Positions 12,755-27,029 of a stretch of 64,000 nt of DNA are shown here, piece by piece; position 1 is the stretch's first letter, and the number at the start of each line of letters is the position of its first letter. Below the pieces are notes generated by a model. That model saw only the letters and a list, made by a program, of their open reading frames with translations. It did not search any database and was not told the DNA's origin. The position numbers and the translations under genes were made by a program. This DNA comes from Lingula anatina (lineage: Eukaryota; Animalia; Brachiopoda). The DNA lies in assembly GCA_051362555.1 (NCBI GenBank), contig CM120645.1, positions 20,026,001 to 20,090,000 of the forward strand, read 5' to 3'.

Positions 12755-13149
12755 CGTGATAGTTGATTCTTAATCTAAATTTATTTTCTTGGGAGTTTCT
12801 GGAATTTATTTCAGGGTATTTTTCAGCTCCGCCCATCTATTTATAGTAGTTTATATGTGCGCAGTTTATTTGATTGATCTTCCCAAAACAGGTTTTTCAA
12901 TTTTTAGGTTAATTTTATTTTCTAAACTGTAGACCTAATTTCCCTCCCAGATTTCGATGAATTATGGATTATGAATTATGGATGTAGATATATGGGTTTT
13001 ATTTCCTTGTTTTTCTGTAAATGCATTAAATACGACACGCAAAGCTGATATGATTATCTCGGAAGGCTATTTTTAATCAGATACAACTCAGTCAGATATA
13101 GCGTCAGACGATGTGTTAGAGCAATTAGACCTTACAGAAGCGCAGCAAC

Positions 13150-13555
13150 TACAATCGCAGTTTTAGGGCGTGTTTGCAAAAGCATTTCCTATTGGACACT
13201 AGAAAGGGGCGTCGTCCCCATGCCTCTACAGAGTGGATTTTCTAGAAAGGCAGCGTGATATCTCGTCGATTGGCATTTTCTCATTACATAACTAACAGCA
13301 TAGATCTTTCAAAGATGACAAGAAAACGAAAGAATTGACGAACACAAACATATCGGCCGTGCAATGATATTATCATTTTGCATAATATCTAGGTTAACCA
13401 ATCAAAATGCGTCTAACGGAAAATTTTAGGGGATTTCGTCCGAGAATCACGCCATGTTTTGGTCCATTCAAAATGTTTATAAATACAAACTGACCTCATA
13501 TAGGGTTAGATCGACGTGTGACAACAAACAAATGTGAGAGCCGTTCGAGACCAAG
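13150..13555 (+). promoter_or_regulatory. Probable PNPLA8 promoter and non-coding first exon
   Basis: Locally CpG-rich with several CCAAT/ATTGG boxes; strong donor AAG|GTAAGC at 13555/13556 that could join the acceptor ending 14869. Confidence 0.5.
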
Positions 13556-15070
13556 GTAAGCATATTACCCTATTTCAGCGTTAACTCGACAAAGTTTGGC
13601 AAAATCAAAAGAGAAATGGATTAATAAACGTAGACTACAATCTACATATTATTTACAAAACGTCAGCGTGGTTTGGCAAGTTGAACTCGCAGCTATGCTG
13701 TTAGCTATGAATTTAAGTCTTGTTTTTGACAAGTTTTAGACCCTTCTTTGTCTTGGCTGACATGAGTATTTATTGATGTCATGTTTTACCAAGTTAACGT
13801 TATGCTGCCATGGCACCCAAATTAAGTTAAATTATTAATACTACATCTATACGTTATGTGTTAATTTTATCGTTTAAATCAAAGTAAACAAAGTTTACTA
13901 GCATACGTGACATCCACTCTGAGTGTCAGAGACCAATTACCACCCTCTTGGCCTTATATTATCAGCAGTTGATGCCTGGGCCGTTTCTAGTACTAGTATA
14001 CCGGTGTGGCAAATAGGAAGTACCTGTTGTATATACCCCTGTAGTTTAAGCGACAGCTACATGTAGTATCTGTCAGGGGTTCTGAGGATTCTGTGCGCAG
14101 GATGGTTAAATCTGACATATTACCACTATTCTGATACTAGCTATGATTATCATTAAGTTTCATGTATTAAATTAGCAATCATGTTTATGGTTGCACATTG
14201 GACCAAATGCACTAGTTGGCGGTATAACCTTGTATATATATCAGAAACCATAGATAGATACATGTAAACTTACAGCAAGTTACTTAGTAAATACATTAAT
14301 CTTCTACATGTAGTTGGTACAGTCGATGTTTAAATAAGGCTGTACTCAGCCAGTACATGGTAGATAAGAATGAAGAAGAGCAGTTTGCTATCTGTTTACA
14401 GTATGCTGTTGCCTTCACTAAGGTCACTGACATCAACATGTTAAATGTCAGGTACTTTATAACTAGGTCAGCCAGCTGTTATGTTTGTTATCATTTCAGG
14501 TGGAATATGGTCAGGTTAGACGTGCCTCTCATCATATTCTTTTGATCACCCTAATTTTATTGTTAAAATTTTGAGCCTTCTGACATTAAAAAGAGTAGCA
14601 ATTATAATGATTGATAGTTGTATCACGGTAAAATTTTTTCTTTGAATTTCTTATTTTAAATGTATTTTTTTAAAGTTGAACTGCTTTTTATTTTTGCATT
14701 CATTATCATTATTTCACACAAAGTCGCTTTGGAATTCAGGCGCATGCATGTTTTGTACTACTGTCCTATATATTATGGACACATATGACAGCATTTGACT
14801 TCACAGTTGTCAGTAAAAATATTATTGTTATTATTATCATTATTATTAATAATATTATTATTATTTCAGACATTGCAGTGATGGCAGAGAACCAGCAGTT
14901 GAGGCAATGCACTTATGATTTATCTACAAATATTCTGATCATGTGAATGTATGCATAAAGAGACATTAAATACAAAGTTGCTGTGGAATTTTTGATAGAT
15001 AACTACCAAGTAATACTGCAAAGCAGTGAATAAAATTATAACATTTATTATTGGTGTGACCTCTCCCAAA

Positions 15071-18000
15071 ATGGCTGCTAAAAAGCTGACACAGGATCTG
15101 GTGAAGAACTTTCGAGTCACTCTAAGCTCTGCTACTGTGCAAATCAATTCAGCTTTAGCTGAGGGTCAAATGCGCTGGCCACCCTGGGGATTGCCGTTAA
15201 AAGATAAAAAATCTCCTGAACCTCAGGGCATTAAGACCAGGACAACAGTAAAAAAAGGGGTGAAAGATACCAAGAATATATCAGAGAAGAAAGAGGAAAG
15301 GACTGTCTATAGTAATGAAGTAGAGCCTGTGGCTCAAAGGACAGTAAATCTCACAAGGCGTGATAAAACATATGAGGAGAGGATGAGCGACATGTTAGAA
15401 GCCAATGAAATTGACCCAATTGTGCGTGATGTTCAAGAAAAAGAGAAGAAAGAAAGAAAGTTCTTTGTAGGTGCCAAGAAATCAGATACAAAAACTGATG
15501 CTAGTGGACTGAATCTTGCAGGACTTGCCAGTTATATCCCTATGCTGAAGAAGGATGAAGATGCCAAATTAAGACAGAAAATACGCAAAATTTCTCGGGA
15601 TCAGATAAACACCCGTACACGTGAACTTGTGATTAGTCTGCAACAGGCAAAGTCTTCATCCTCTAAGTTACATCGTTTGGAAATTTTTTGCAAGCATCTT
15701 TTAGATTTTCCAGAAGCCCGACGAATGTCTATAAAGGTGAGTTTTTCTTGGGGGGGGGGGGGGATAAATTAGATAAACAGAAGGTAGACACACATGTTCT
15801 GTCATATTATGCTGTAGCAAGAGAATATGTTATAATGTCAGTGTTCTAGGCCTATTTTTAAAAAACACATTACAATGATTTAACAATATATTTTAACATT
15901 AAACTTCACAGTATGGAGTAGTGACCTGTCTGCTAAGGATGCGTCACTTTGCGCGGAGAGATGATGCCATCACTGCTGAGATCTCCGAGGCCCTGGCAAT
16001 GCTGGGATACATGGACCCAGTGAAGGGACGGGGGATTCGTCTTCTCACCATTGATGGAGGGGGAATAAGGTACATAAATTATTCTAGTATCTTCAGTTTT
16101 TTAAATTGCTTTTGTTATTTTTATTTCATTTATTCTTTTTAATTATTTTATGATTTAAAAGTCAATAAAATAAACAAGTCTTTGCTTGATCAATTTTTCC
16201 ACCGTAGGTCCCTCAAATTCTATATGGAACAAACAAAGTTATGTGTTGTGTTTCAAATAATACTTTGTATTCTCAACAGATACAAACTACTGGAACCAAA
16301 ACTTTGACAACATGGAAATATTGCAAAAATTTGGAAACCTGGTACAGTAGATGTAATTGTTTATGTATAGACCTAAACTGTATTTTCAGGGCTATTGTTG
16401 CACTGGAAACAATGAGACAGTTGGAGGTTGCCACAGGGAAAAAAATTTATGAATTATTTGACTATATTGCTGGTGTCAGTGCAGGGTCCCTTTTGGCATT
16501 TATGGTCGGAACATGGCGTCTTCCTCTTGATGAGTGTGAAGAATATTGCAACAGGTGTAGTCGAGAACTTTTCAAGCAGGGTACTTTTGATGGTGCAGTG
16601 AATCTAGTCAAAGTCTTCTCAGTGTATAATTCAGAAATTTGGGAGAAAATCCTCAGGTTTGTTTAAAATAATAATTTATATATTTGTTTGATGTTTTCTG
16701 TTAAAATAATGTGGTTAAATTGGTATCATGTGTTTATAACTGTGATCAAAGTATATAATAATTGAAGTATATGCACCTGTAGTACACCATAATAGAGGCT
16801 ATCTACAAGTATTTGCTATAAATCCATTATATTTAAATTGCACAGTGTAGCAGTAAATCCCAGTAGAATATGTGGTTTTGAAGAATATGTTTTTAAAACT
16901 TTTTTTCTATCAATCCAGTGGTAATATGGGAGACAAAACACTCATCCACTCCAATATTGACATGAATAGTCCAAAGGTGAGAGCTTTTTATAAACTAAAA
17001 AATTGCTGCATATCTGACCAAATTTTTTTTTTTTTGAAGAAAATAACCACTGTCCAGCATTATAGATTCAGAATATCTAATTTTTTATTAGATTTTGTGA
17101 TTTGTGAGAGGGTTTTGTTGTATGTTCTCTTTGCATATATATTATTTTGGTTTGTGATGATGTATATACATAAGTTGCTTAATGATTTACTGAAGATGTT
17201 TTACTTTCAAAATCGTGAAAAGAAAGCGTTGTTTTGGTTGGTAATTTATCATTGTCCAATGAGTAACATTTTGTAGAAAGAACAACAAATATGTGTAAAG
17301 TCAATGCCATAATTTTGTGCACTGCCATTAGGTGTCAGCAGCTGCTGCAGTCAGTAAACCAGGGATGTCCAAGTACCAAACATACCTCTTCCGAACCTAC
17401 GACATACCTTATCAACTCCAGTCGCGTTACGAGGGGACGTGTAACAGCAAAGTTTGGGAGGCAGTGAGAGCATCAACGGCAGCTCCAGTGTATTTCCGTG
17501 AAGTTATCAAAGATGACATGATATTGAGGGTAAATTCATGCATTTTCATGAATTACTTTCCTTTTTTCTAATAAGGTTTAAACACTTTTGAATGAATAAC
17601 AACAAAAAGTCTAAAAATCTGAACCAAAAAATCTAAACCAGTTTTAAAAAAAACTTTTTATGGTGCTAGACAACTGATTGACTCGTAGATTTTGCACCAG
17701 ACAAGCAAAACAGATTTTTCAAAATTGCTCATCTGGGCCCCGTATCTCGAAAGCATCGCACATTGCGACCGTGCGCAAGTGTCTCCATTCCATAACTTGC
17801 CCATACTCGCCCCATATAATACATTGTAGCCTCTATGTGATATCGCTATTCGCAATACGCGATGCTTTCAAGATATGGGGCCTGGTTTGACTGGAGGAAA
17901 TTTGATCTTTTTTTTTTGTTTTGGTAACAATCAGTCTATTATCTATTTGTACTGTCTTATCTAGGCAGTAATTCAGAGTAGTATTCTGAAGCCTAAAGGT

Positions 18001-18819
18001 CCCAGTGACCAGCATGCTGATCAGTTTATGACCACGACCTTCACTTCTTTTCAGGATGGAGGTTGCTTGGAGAACAACCCAACGTTAATCGCCATCCATG
18101 AGTGCAAGCTGCTGTGGCCGGAGGAGGAATTCCAGTGCATCGTGTCCCTGGGGAATGGACGCTACGAGCCGATGGTCAAGACAGGAGACCCCAGCTCCAC
18201 TAACGAGGTCATTAAAATGATTAACTCTGCCACTGACACAGAAGGTGAGTGACCACAGGTTGAATTTCTATCACAACTATTTATTTTATTGCACATGATG
18301 ATTTTCACAAATTTGCTTTTCATTTATTGATTTAACAAAATTATAGCTATTTTCTAAATTATAAATAATGATAATGATGGTGGGTACGGATGGATCATGT
18401 ACAAGGTCCATGTGAGTGCTGCCATGACATACTCTTTGATTTTAGCTTTGTCCAGTTTAAAAAAAAGAATAATGAAAGTAATAGAAGTAAGAATAAATAA
18501 TGATAAGGTGTTTGTCTTTGTGTGTGTGTTTCATTAATTGCTGATTCTTTTTCCAGCCGTTCACCAGGGACTAACTGACCTTATGTCTTCAGACATCTAC
18601 TTCCGTTTCAACCCCTACATGTCCGAGGACCTGACACTGGACGAGATGCGTGACGAGAAGTGGCAACAGCTGCGTCACGACTCTCAGATGTACCTGCGTA
18701 AGAACGACAAGAAGATCCAGAGGGCCGCAAAGAGGCTGATGGTTCCCAGAACCAAAATACAAAAAGTGAAAGACTGGGCAAAACACCAGAGCATCTACCA
18801 CGGGTTCAGTCATCAGTGA
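15071..18819 (+). CDS. PNPLA8: Calcium-independent phospholipase A2-gamma-like (patatin-like phospholipase domain-containing 8), ~599 aa
   Basis: Coding exons 15071-15736, 15912-16069, 16390-16656, 16919-16976, 17332-17529, 18055-18244, 18557-18819 (1800 nt). Motifs LGYMDPVKGRGIRLLTIDGGGIR, lipase GVSAG, RASTAAPVYF, catalytic DGG..NNP, VSLGNG, YFRFNPYM. The start is the first in-frame ATG (AAAATGG) after an in-frame stop at 15011. Confidence 0.9.
17733..17885. mobile_element. ~150-bp MITE (Harbinger-like) in a PNPLA8 intron
   Basis: ~27-bp TIRs CTGGGCCCCGTATCTCGAAAGCATCGC / GCGATGCTTTCAAGATATGGGGCCTGG. Confidence 0.75.
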
Positions 18820-20895
18820 AATGTTATTTATAAGTGTGAGATTACGGAGTTCATCAAGGGAGTACCAAAGCTATGGACTTGATTCCAATCCACGTATTTC
18901 ACTGGGGTCTATGTGTCCATTTCAGTAACTTTCAGCTTTAGGTTTGATACATGTCAGCTTCGCCTTTTTCAAACCTCCATACCCAGTACATACATGTTTA
19001 GTGCATGTTCAACAGCTACATGTAATTTGTAGCATGCTCTCTGGATTACATGGTGCTGAAGTGAATAAATGTGAATAACTTTTGTGATTGGTGTGGTGAC
19101 CTTCAGTCCAATGTGGCCGAAGTTCAGAGGGGCAAGTGGGCATGTTGTGAAAATAGAAAATGAAAAAGCTAGCTCTTGTGGATTATAGTCTACATGTATG
19201 TCGGGTTCACTTTGTAAGGGACTTTTCTTAAGAGTTATGTATTCATTTGAGCCAAGGACCTGATTAAGAACATTTTTTATGTTTTAATGCAAAACAGACT
19301 TCAGACTACCAGAACACATCAAGGTTACAAGTCAGAATCACTGGAATGTGTGTCAGGAGTGTCTATGACCTGTGTTTCTTAACTTTGGAAGGACTCCATT
19401 TCCCAGGGTCTTGTGATTATGGTGTGTGTTGATGAAAAAAAACATAAATGTCAATATTTCATTGTATTTTTATACTGACTGATCACCTCAAAACAGTCAC
19501 ATTTATTTTAACACCTCTATTATTCTATTTTTTTATTATCTTTGTTTTTTCTGGTGGGGGTGGGGTGGAGGGGCAGAGGTTGGTGAAGAGGGAGAGTACC
19601 TCTGATTCTAAAGCTTATATTGTTAAGGTATAGATATACTAGTACCATATAACTAAAATATTTCAGTAAAATATTGTCAATGCCAGAACTTCGCACCAGT
19701 TAATTGGTGGGATCTGGCAATTCTTTACAAAATATACCTGTATCTCAGCGTACTGCTAAGAGTAATGTTTAAACAGTATAAGGTACTGTTAAAAGTACTT
19801 AAGTCTAGATGTTTTATAAAGTAAGTAATGATATATATTTGTGTATGATTTTTGTCAGCTCTTCAGCAGATGTCATTGGTACATATATGACAGAAGGCTG
19901 TAAAGGGGCACTCATGGATCTTGTGTTGTTATGCCATATTACTTAATTTAATTACATGCATAAATCCCATGGAAGATATGTTTACATAGAGATATGTATT
20001 GTTTCAGTGCTAAGACATTCATGTCAAGTATTATTATTATTATTATTATTATATTTGGGTTACGTTATGTGCTCTCTAAAATGCCATATTAGCCAAGTAT
20101 AAAACCAATATTGTTGGTGTAACTTAAATTGCTGTCAACATATTACTCATTTTTCATTAGACTAACTGGAAGGGTTTGTCTGAAGATGTATAATTGTATG
20201 ACTCCTATTTTATGGACACTAGTCAGTATCATTAAGTTATTTGTTCTTTGCCCATATTCTGTTTATTCAGGTTTTATGTTAAATATCGTGCTTTAACTTG
20301 TTTCATTTTTCACAGATTTAAATTTGTTAAAAAGATTTTCAGAGTAGTAGGACAGTAGTGTTTCAGTTATGGTTACGCGCTCATTTTAAGTATTTGATGG
20401 AATGACTTTCACAAGTCTGTCTGCTATCCTCTCTTTTTTAGATAAAACCAAAAAGAATGATGCCTTAAAAGTATTATATTAAGTGTAATTTTTTATGATG
20501 TTCAATATGTTATCCCAAAATTTTGGATGGGAAAGCACATTTGGCGCAAGGGTAATTTTTTTTTACATTTTTAACCTTGAAATATTCTTAATGCCAACCC
20601 ATCAAGTAGTGATATTAGAGCATCTCTGATGCATCAAGTATGTAGGGAGATATTTCACTTGATGCCCAATTGATCTGTAGGATGCCCAACTGATTGGTAG
20701 TCTCCTGATAGATTTTCAAACACGAACCAGTTGATAATACATTTAGGGGTGCTTTTTTTGTCATCAAATAAGGTAAAACATTGTTCATGGCAGTGAATCT
20801 TTGTCATTTGTTATATTTCTGTACATTTAATGATATTTTTTCTTGTCTTAGCCATTGCAAGTAGCTACATCTCATTACTGTATCAAAAATAAGCA

Positions 20896-20901
20896 AATAA
20901 A
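20896..20901 (+). terminator. Candidate distal polyadenylation signal of PNPLA8 (proximal AATAAA at 19064-19069)
   Basis: AATAAA at the end of a T-rich UTR-like stretch. Confidence 0.35.
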
Positions 20902-23754
20902 TGTTCATTGCAAATGATGAGTCGATAGTATTTTTTCAAAATAATGATGAAAATATATAATTTTATTTTATTATATTCATCATATGTTATTTAAAAACAG
21001 AGACCCAGGAGGTTGACTGGGTTCACTGTCAAGTGTGGGGGTAAAGTAACATGGATCAGTTTTTCGTGTACTTGGACATGAAAGTTGAGACTTAGAACAA
21101 GAAGATCCACTGACTAAATATGGCCAACCCACTTAAAAGCAATACCGCTAATCCCCTGATGAATCAGGAATGCCATTTTATTGTATTAATATGGCATTAT
21201 CTCATGAAATAGTCATAAGGATTTTAGGTTCAAAACTTTGGTAGATGTGAGACAATCGGAATGCTGCATTTGACAACTCGTCACAACTGTCACATCCTTA
21301 ACTTGTGTACAGCTATCGCAATTGACGTATTGTAAGCGAAACGCACCCAATGTACACATAGTGGACTACGCATATCTCGGACACTTATTGGTGCAAATAT
21401 TTTGTTTGAGCTACGCGAAGATTCCAATTAGGCGATATTCATAAAGTTTCAGCTACGACATATGGTTTCGTTTGTCCAAGGCTACTGTACGAAAATCATT
21501 TCCACTGAATTTATGCGAGATAGTCATTAATTCGAGTTTTTGAGTCCTTTTATTAGTTATAGATATTGAGGCATCATCAATAAATGCAACCCCTGATGCA
21601 CGAAAAGACCCATGCAATAAGCCTCTTTTAATTTCTCGATCGGTAAATTTAATTTCCATATTGGAATCTACCATCAACTCGTTACAAAATCAGACCCAGA
21701 AATCTACCGTAGATAGCTTAAGACTTAACCATCTTAAAAATACCTGTGAAAAAAAATTAATAGATTACAAAGAGAATATTCGCAGCAGGGAGATAGAAGT
21801 CCCCCCCTCCCCACCCCCTCTTCTGACTTCCAGCAGCAGACAGTGTGTTCATTTTCAAATGCAGTCGATGCCTCGATAAAAAATGCCGTCCCTGAAAACG
21901 CTGTGCCCAAACTCAAATGAAAACAATTTCATCAATTAGAATATCGATCGCTTGCCACTTATGCAATTACCGATACATGGCAGCATCCAGGAAATTAAAT
22001 GAAAAGTTGACAACTCTTTTAGAATTTCCATGGAATTTCCTTTCTTGTGTTCCACTGAAGGGCTATCAGCAAGCTTCCAAATTCAGTGGTGTGTGTGTGT
22101 GTATGTGTCGTTGTTTTTTTTATTAATTACATATTCATCCCATACACTTTGATGTGGAAAAAATTAATCAATATCGTTTTGTACTGATATGCGTTTATGC
22201 AGTTGTTGTTGTTTTTTATATCGCTAAATAGCGATAATATTATCGCTAGTTTTAACATTTTACATTGTTGTACAATAATGAAAATGAATAGCTGTACTAA
22301 AACATTTCTAAAATCAAGACTATGCATATGAAGAAAAGTTAACCTAATGATAGAGACAATGTAGGTGAATGTGCAACAAACATTCGAAGGTCGGTTTTTT
22401 GTTTGAATTTCAATGCTATCATAAAAAAGCAAAATGTAGCTCAGCGAAGACTTGAAATGGTTACGAACTCAGCCTGAAAATTGTCTTAAAAATCATGACT
22501 TCTGGAGGCGTACCTCACATGATTTCTGATCTGGTTTATATATTCTCTCATAAAAAAATCTATTTCCACGGACCTTTTTTCCAGTAAAAATTAAAAAAAT
22601 ATAATGTTTTGCTCTACTTTTACAATTCACATAACAAGCGCTGTCAAGGGTTGGGCGCAAAAGACGAAACCCTACAAACACCCGGATAGTCTCAGTTTAT
22701 CGAACACTATAATCTCTATTATCAGCTGTTTCCAGTCACTGCACCCGGGTAACTTAGTTTGCAGTTATGAAACTCAGGGTGCGCAAACAAAATGTGCCCA
22801 GCAGATACAAAATACCTATACTAGATACGTTAAAATCTCCACTTATTTCGACAAAACTATTGCCCTAACTATTGCCTTTTAACATTCTTTTTAACATCCT
22901 TTTTTAAAGCGATTGTACACCCTTCCCTCGGATATGAAATTGTCTGTGAATTAGAAATGATTAGCACAAGTCTCGAAATCAATACAAAACATTGGCATTA
23001 TGATAGATAACGTGTATACCGTGCTCCAGGAAAATTCCAAAATCCATGTCATTATCTTCAAAACGCAAGTAAAATTATCGTACCGAGCTCGATACAGATT
23101 TCCTGGCTACATGTTAAGATGATTGGACATGATCCCGCTGAGCAAACGTTTGTCAATTATACATGTAGAAATAATTATAATTGCAATGAGATAAAACTGG
23201 GTAGGATTGTATAATAGAAGAAAAATCCTATATAAAAGCCTACCTTGGGTCACTTTTAGGTCTATTTGATTAGTAAAGCAGATATATCTCAGTTATTTTG
23301 ATGATTACTGAGGACCAGTTACTATAATATTGAAGACTTTTAAGAATTGCATTTGTTAATACACTTAGCTTGATAATTGCATATGCCTTCCGTGCATGCA
23401 CTTTTTTCAAGTCGATGATTTAAATTTTGATGCAAGCTTTCACTTTTATACAACACTAAATTGCGTTAATTTTAGAAGAGACCCAACAACTTTATATTCA
23501 TTTACTAAAGATCCATTGAAATATTTAAATCAAATGCACACACAACATACACTATACAAAAAAAGTTTTTCTAATGATTTTAAAATTTCTTATTATTTCT
23601 TCTCTTCTCCCCTTTCGAATCTAAATCTATAACGATTTTTCTTTTTTTATCAAAATGTGATTAAAAAATTCAAAACAGTGTCGTAGACATTTATTTTTAA
23701 AACTATATTATGACTATTTATATGTGAGTAAAGAATGAAGAATTTCAGGTATGC

Positions 23755-24330
23755 ATACAGGTGACTCATCTCCCGCGCAGGTGCGACACAATGTGATTGG
23801 CCAGTGCGGGTCACATGACCGAATTCATTTGAGGTGACATGCGCAGATTTAACGTGTTTTCGGTTCTGCATGTTCCTTACCCAGGTGAGACATTTTAGGA
23901 AGAGGACGGTGTACTGCCTATAATAAAAGGTAAGACATTATTGGATACCGCCAAACATTCGGTGCTAAATTATATTTATTGTTTTCTGGTTTGAGTCCAA
24001 AGAAAAGGTCGCACACGGGTATAAACTAGACCAATGTCCCCCTTGTTGTCATCGCTTACACTCAACGGTTGGGACGACCTAAGATGGCCGCCCTCTTGTT
24101 GACCCCGTCATAATATTAAATTGAATTTCAAGTCCAGCCTGTGGGAAATGTAAATTTTCACAGTCCAGTGTTAGGCTACAAGTGAGTGGTTTCATGACAA
24201 GTCTTAAATCAGAATCTCGTGGCATTTGAGCTAGGAGTGCACGAATTTCGCTCCTTCACTTACTCGGCCCTGCTAGCAAGTGGTCGTTTCCTGTTTTTCG
24301 GAAGGCCAGGCAGATTTTGAATCTAACAAG
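23755..24330 (+). promoter_or_regulatory. Probable promoter and alternative non-coding first exons of the L1-family gene
   Basis: CpG-rich island with TGACTCA (23762), ATTGG (23796), palindromic E-box GGTCACATGACC (23809-23820) and YY1-like AAGATGGCCGCC (24081); donors AAG|GTAAGA (23929/30) and AAG|GTGAGA (24330/31); T/G-rich sense skew begins downstream. Confidence 0.55.
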
Positions 24331-26715
24331 GTGAGATTTAACAATTGTAGTGTTTTGGATGTTTCTGTTCACGCTATATTGCTCTGTATGTGCTAATTAT
24401 ACGCTAACAGTACACAAGATTCTTATGTGTAAAATATTGCTTGGTTAAACATGTTGAATCTTTGAAAATATGTACATGTGTCATCGTTTGGTAAATCCAG
24501 TGCAAAAATAGTTTTCAGAAATAAAATCCATAGATACTGTAGTTTCCATGTTTTATTTTGTTCTATTGGACTAGACTTAGGGATAAGGGAAACAGTTGTT
24601 ATAAGCTCCTTGGGTTCAATACAACCAAAATGTTTGGAATGGATTTGAAAGCGCCTGCACTTGCATACCTCAACTGGGAAAGATAACAAATTGCTCAAAC
24701 AGGAAAAACTAGAAACAGTTGCCCCATGTGTGAAGCCGTAGTTAGAAAATCACATTTGTTTTACAGTGTAACAGAATATGTTTGTAGCAATGAGTTGCAC
24801 ATTGTCAGACACGCTATAGAAACTTTGTAAAACATCTTATTTGAATTGCCATCAAATCTGAGTGCATTGTACAATTTTGCATAGTTGTCAGTTTTTTTTT
24901 TTTTTGAGGGCTTTTAGGTTATTTGCAAAACTCCATTTGATTCTCAGCAATGAGTTTAAATTTGAAATCATGCAATATAGTCTACCTTCAATATAGTCTA
25001 TCTTTTAGCTAGCAGCTGTATCAATATGAAATGTATACAATTATACTTGGAACTCATCAAATGCAGAATTAAGATGTCTGTCCCAAGAGAGGGCTTCTTC
25101 TCTTTGGATCCGAGAAATATTATACTTGAATGACAAATTAACATCTAAAAACGCAGACAGGAAGAGGCAGCAGGTTGGTTTTTAATGTACATTGTGTCTG
25201 GCCAATGCATTGGGAAGAAAACAACGGGCATAATTGCCTATTGAAGTAGTAATAGATAAAAGCAGCGAGACATTAAAAGGCCAATGCTGTAAGTAACACG
25301 ATTGTTGGATGGTATTCATATTGTCTTGTAGACTTTGGGTAATGTCTGAGAATTAATTATACTTCATGAAATGCAGCCCAATTTTTTTCCATCCAATATC
25401 TCGTTTTAGCAGTATTATTAGTTAGTATATGTAAGATGGTTGGTTATTTTGTATATTTGAATCAACCTAACTGTTGAAACTGGTAATGCCCTTATACGAG
25501 CGTGGACATCCATTTCTAAATAATGTGTCTGGTTGGAAAGCTCCACAGTTTAATATAGTGTGTGTGATATCTACACTTAAGAGAGAGAGATCAATGAGCA
25601 ATACACTGATAACTGGGATGCATCCAAGGGCCGGAGTATTACAGTCACACATGAGGTTAGTGGATCGATATATGGGGGAATTCTTCTTACTGGTATACAT
25701 GTATGTCATGGTCAAAATATTTTAGTAGTCCCCAAGACCTGATGATGTCTGGTGTTTTCCCGCTGTGATCAGTGCAAGTATTTTTTTTTAGCTGCGAATG
25801 AATGTTAAAACTCTTTTCCTTTTGTGTCTTTTTACATGTACCTTTATAAAAGAGCGAGTTTTTTTATGAAGCAGTTTTCCAGAAGATAGAAATATGTTTT
25901 GGTTAGTAGCGGTCAGTTTGTATTGTGATATAATTCTGAGGAAAATGGGGACCGTTTAGTTATGGACATTCATATTAGCAACTATAAATTAAACACTCTT
26001 GTGGAATTTTGACACAAAGAATTGCTGGCAATATTTTCGTGCACTAACCAGTTATCTATGTATTATGATTATTACTGTGAAAAATATAAATATATGTTTT
26101 GAGAACTATTTTCCCCTTGGCTTTAGCTGAGTGAAGGATAGTATTAATATCCTGTGTAATTTAACTTGAAGAAAAAATGGAATTTTTTCAAACATGGATA
26201 AGAATTTCTTTTGCAAAGAACTGTCACATCTTTGAAATGAAAACTTAGTCTAAAAAAATAAATAATAATCTGCAGGCCGGCAATCACTTCATCTGTCTCT
26301 AGAAAGTTATGTCACTTGAATATGCTCTAATATTATTAATTTACCAAAACATGCATAATATATTGTGCAATAGTGAAGAGAAAGTGAAGAATCAAGTTAC
26401 TTAGTACATCTAAGACATGGCTGATTAAGCAATTCTGTTTGCTTCAACACCCATGCTTGAGATGGATGTGTACATTGATGAGAAGAGAGACAGTCTGATA
26501 AGATGCCTACTTATATGGCATCGTACAGAGACTGCTATGTGCTGAAGTTATTGATAGGGCTTCAAAATGTATTTGTGTGCAAAGTGATTATGCTGCATTT
26601 CTAGGATTTTGTGGTAATCACATTTCTGTTGGTTTCACCCTTGTATAGTTGCATAATTGCAGATACATGTTAGGTGTTACAATACTTGATATTTGCCAAA
26701 ACTTTCTATACTTAA

Positions 26716-27029
26716 AGAGGAAGAATGCATTCTTGATTTTGAAACGAGTTAAAAATTAAAGCATCTAAAACACCCTAGTATAACTACAAACATTATTCAA
26801 GTCGTCACGTGCAAGTGGAAGTATCATTTAATCTGATAAGAACAAGATTATCATAAGTGATGTTCTTGGTCAGAGTTCCTGAAACGTAGTTTAGTAGATC
26901 AATTATATCTTTCGTAAGTGGTTCCATCTTTTTCCAAGATCATGAGTGAGGTACTAGTGCCGATACACCTGCTCTTCCTGAAGTGTTCTTGATGCAATGG
27001 CTTATGATACAAGTGACTTGGCATCCTCT
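26716..27029. mobile_element. Kolobok-like non-autonomous element (~314 bp)
   Basis: TTAA|AGAGGA ... TCCTCT|TTAA: TTAA target duplication with AG...CT termini. Confidence 0.5.

Noticed and set aside
18817-18885. Stop-codon readthrough creating a cryptic PTS1 on PNPLA8
   Set aside because: The TGA is followed by A (not the leaky TGA-CTA context) and the extension would end in KLWT, not a PTS1.
21000-21110. DWVHC..W..F.C fragment reminiscent of a PHD finger
   Set aside because: Too short and interrupted by a stop; cannot be supported.
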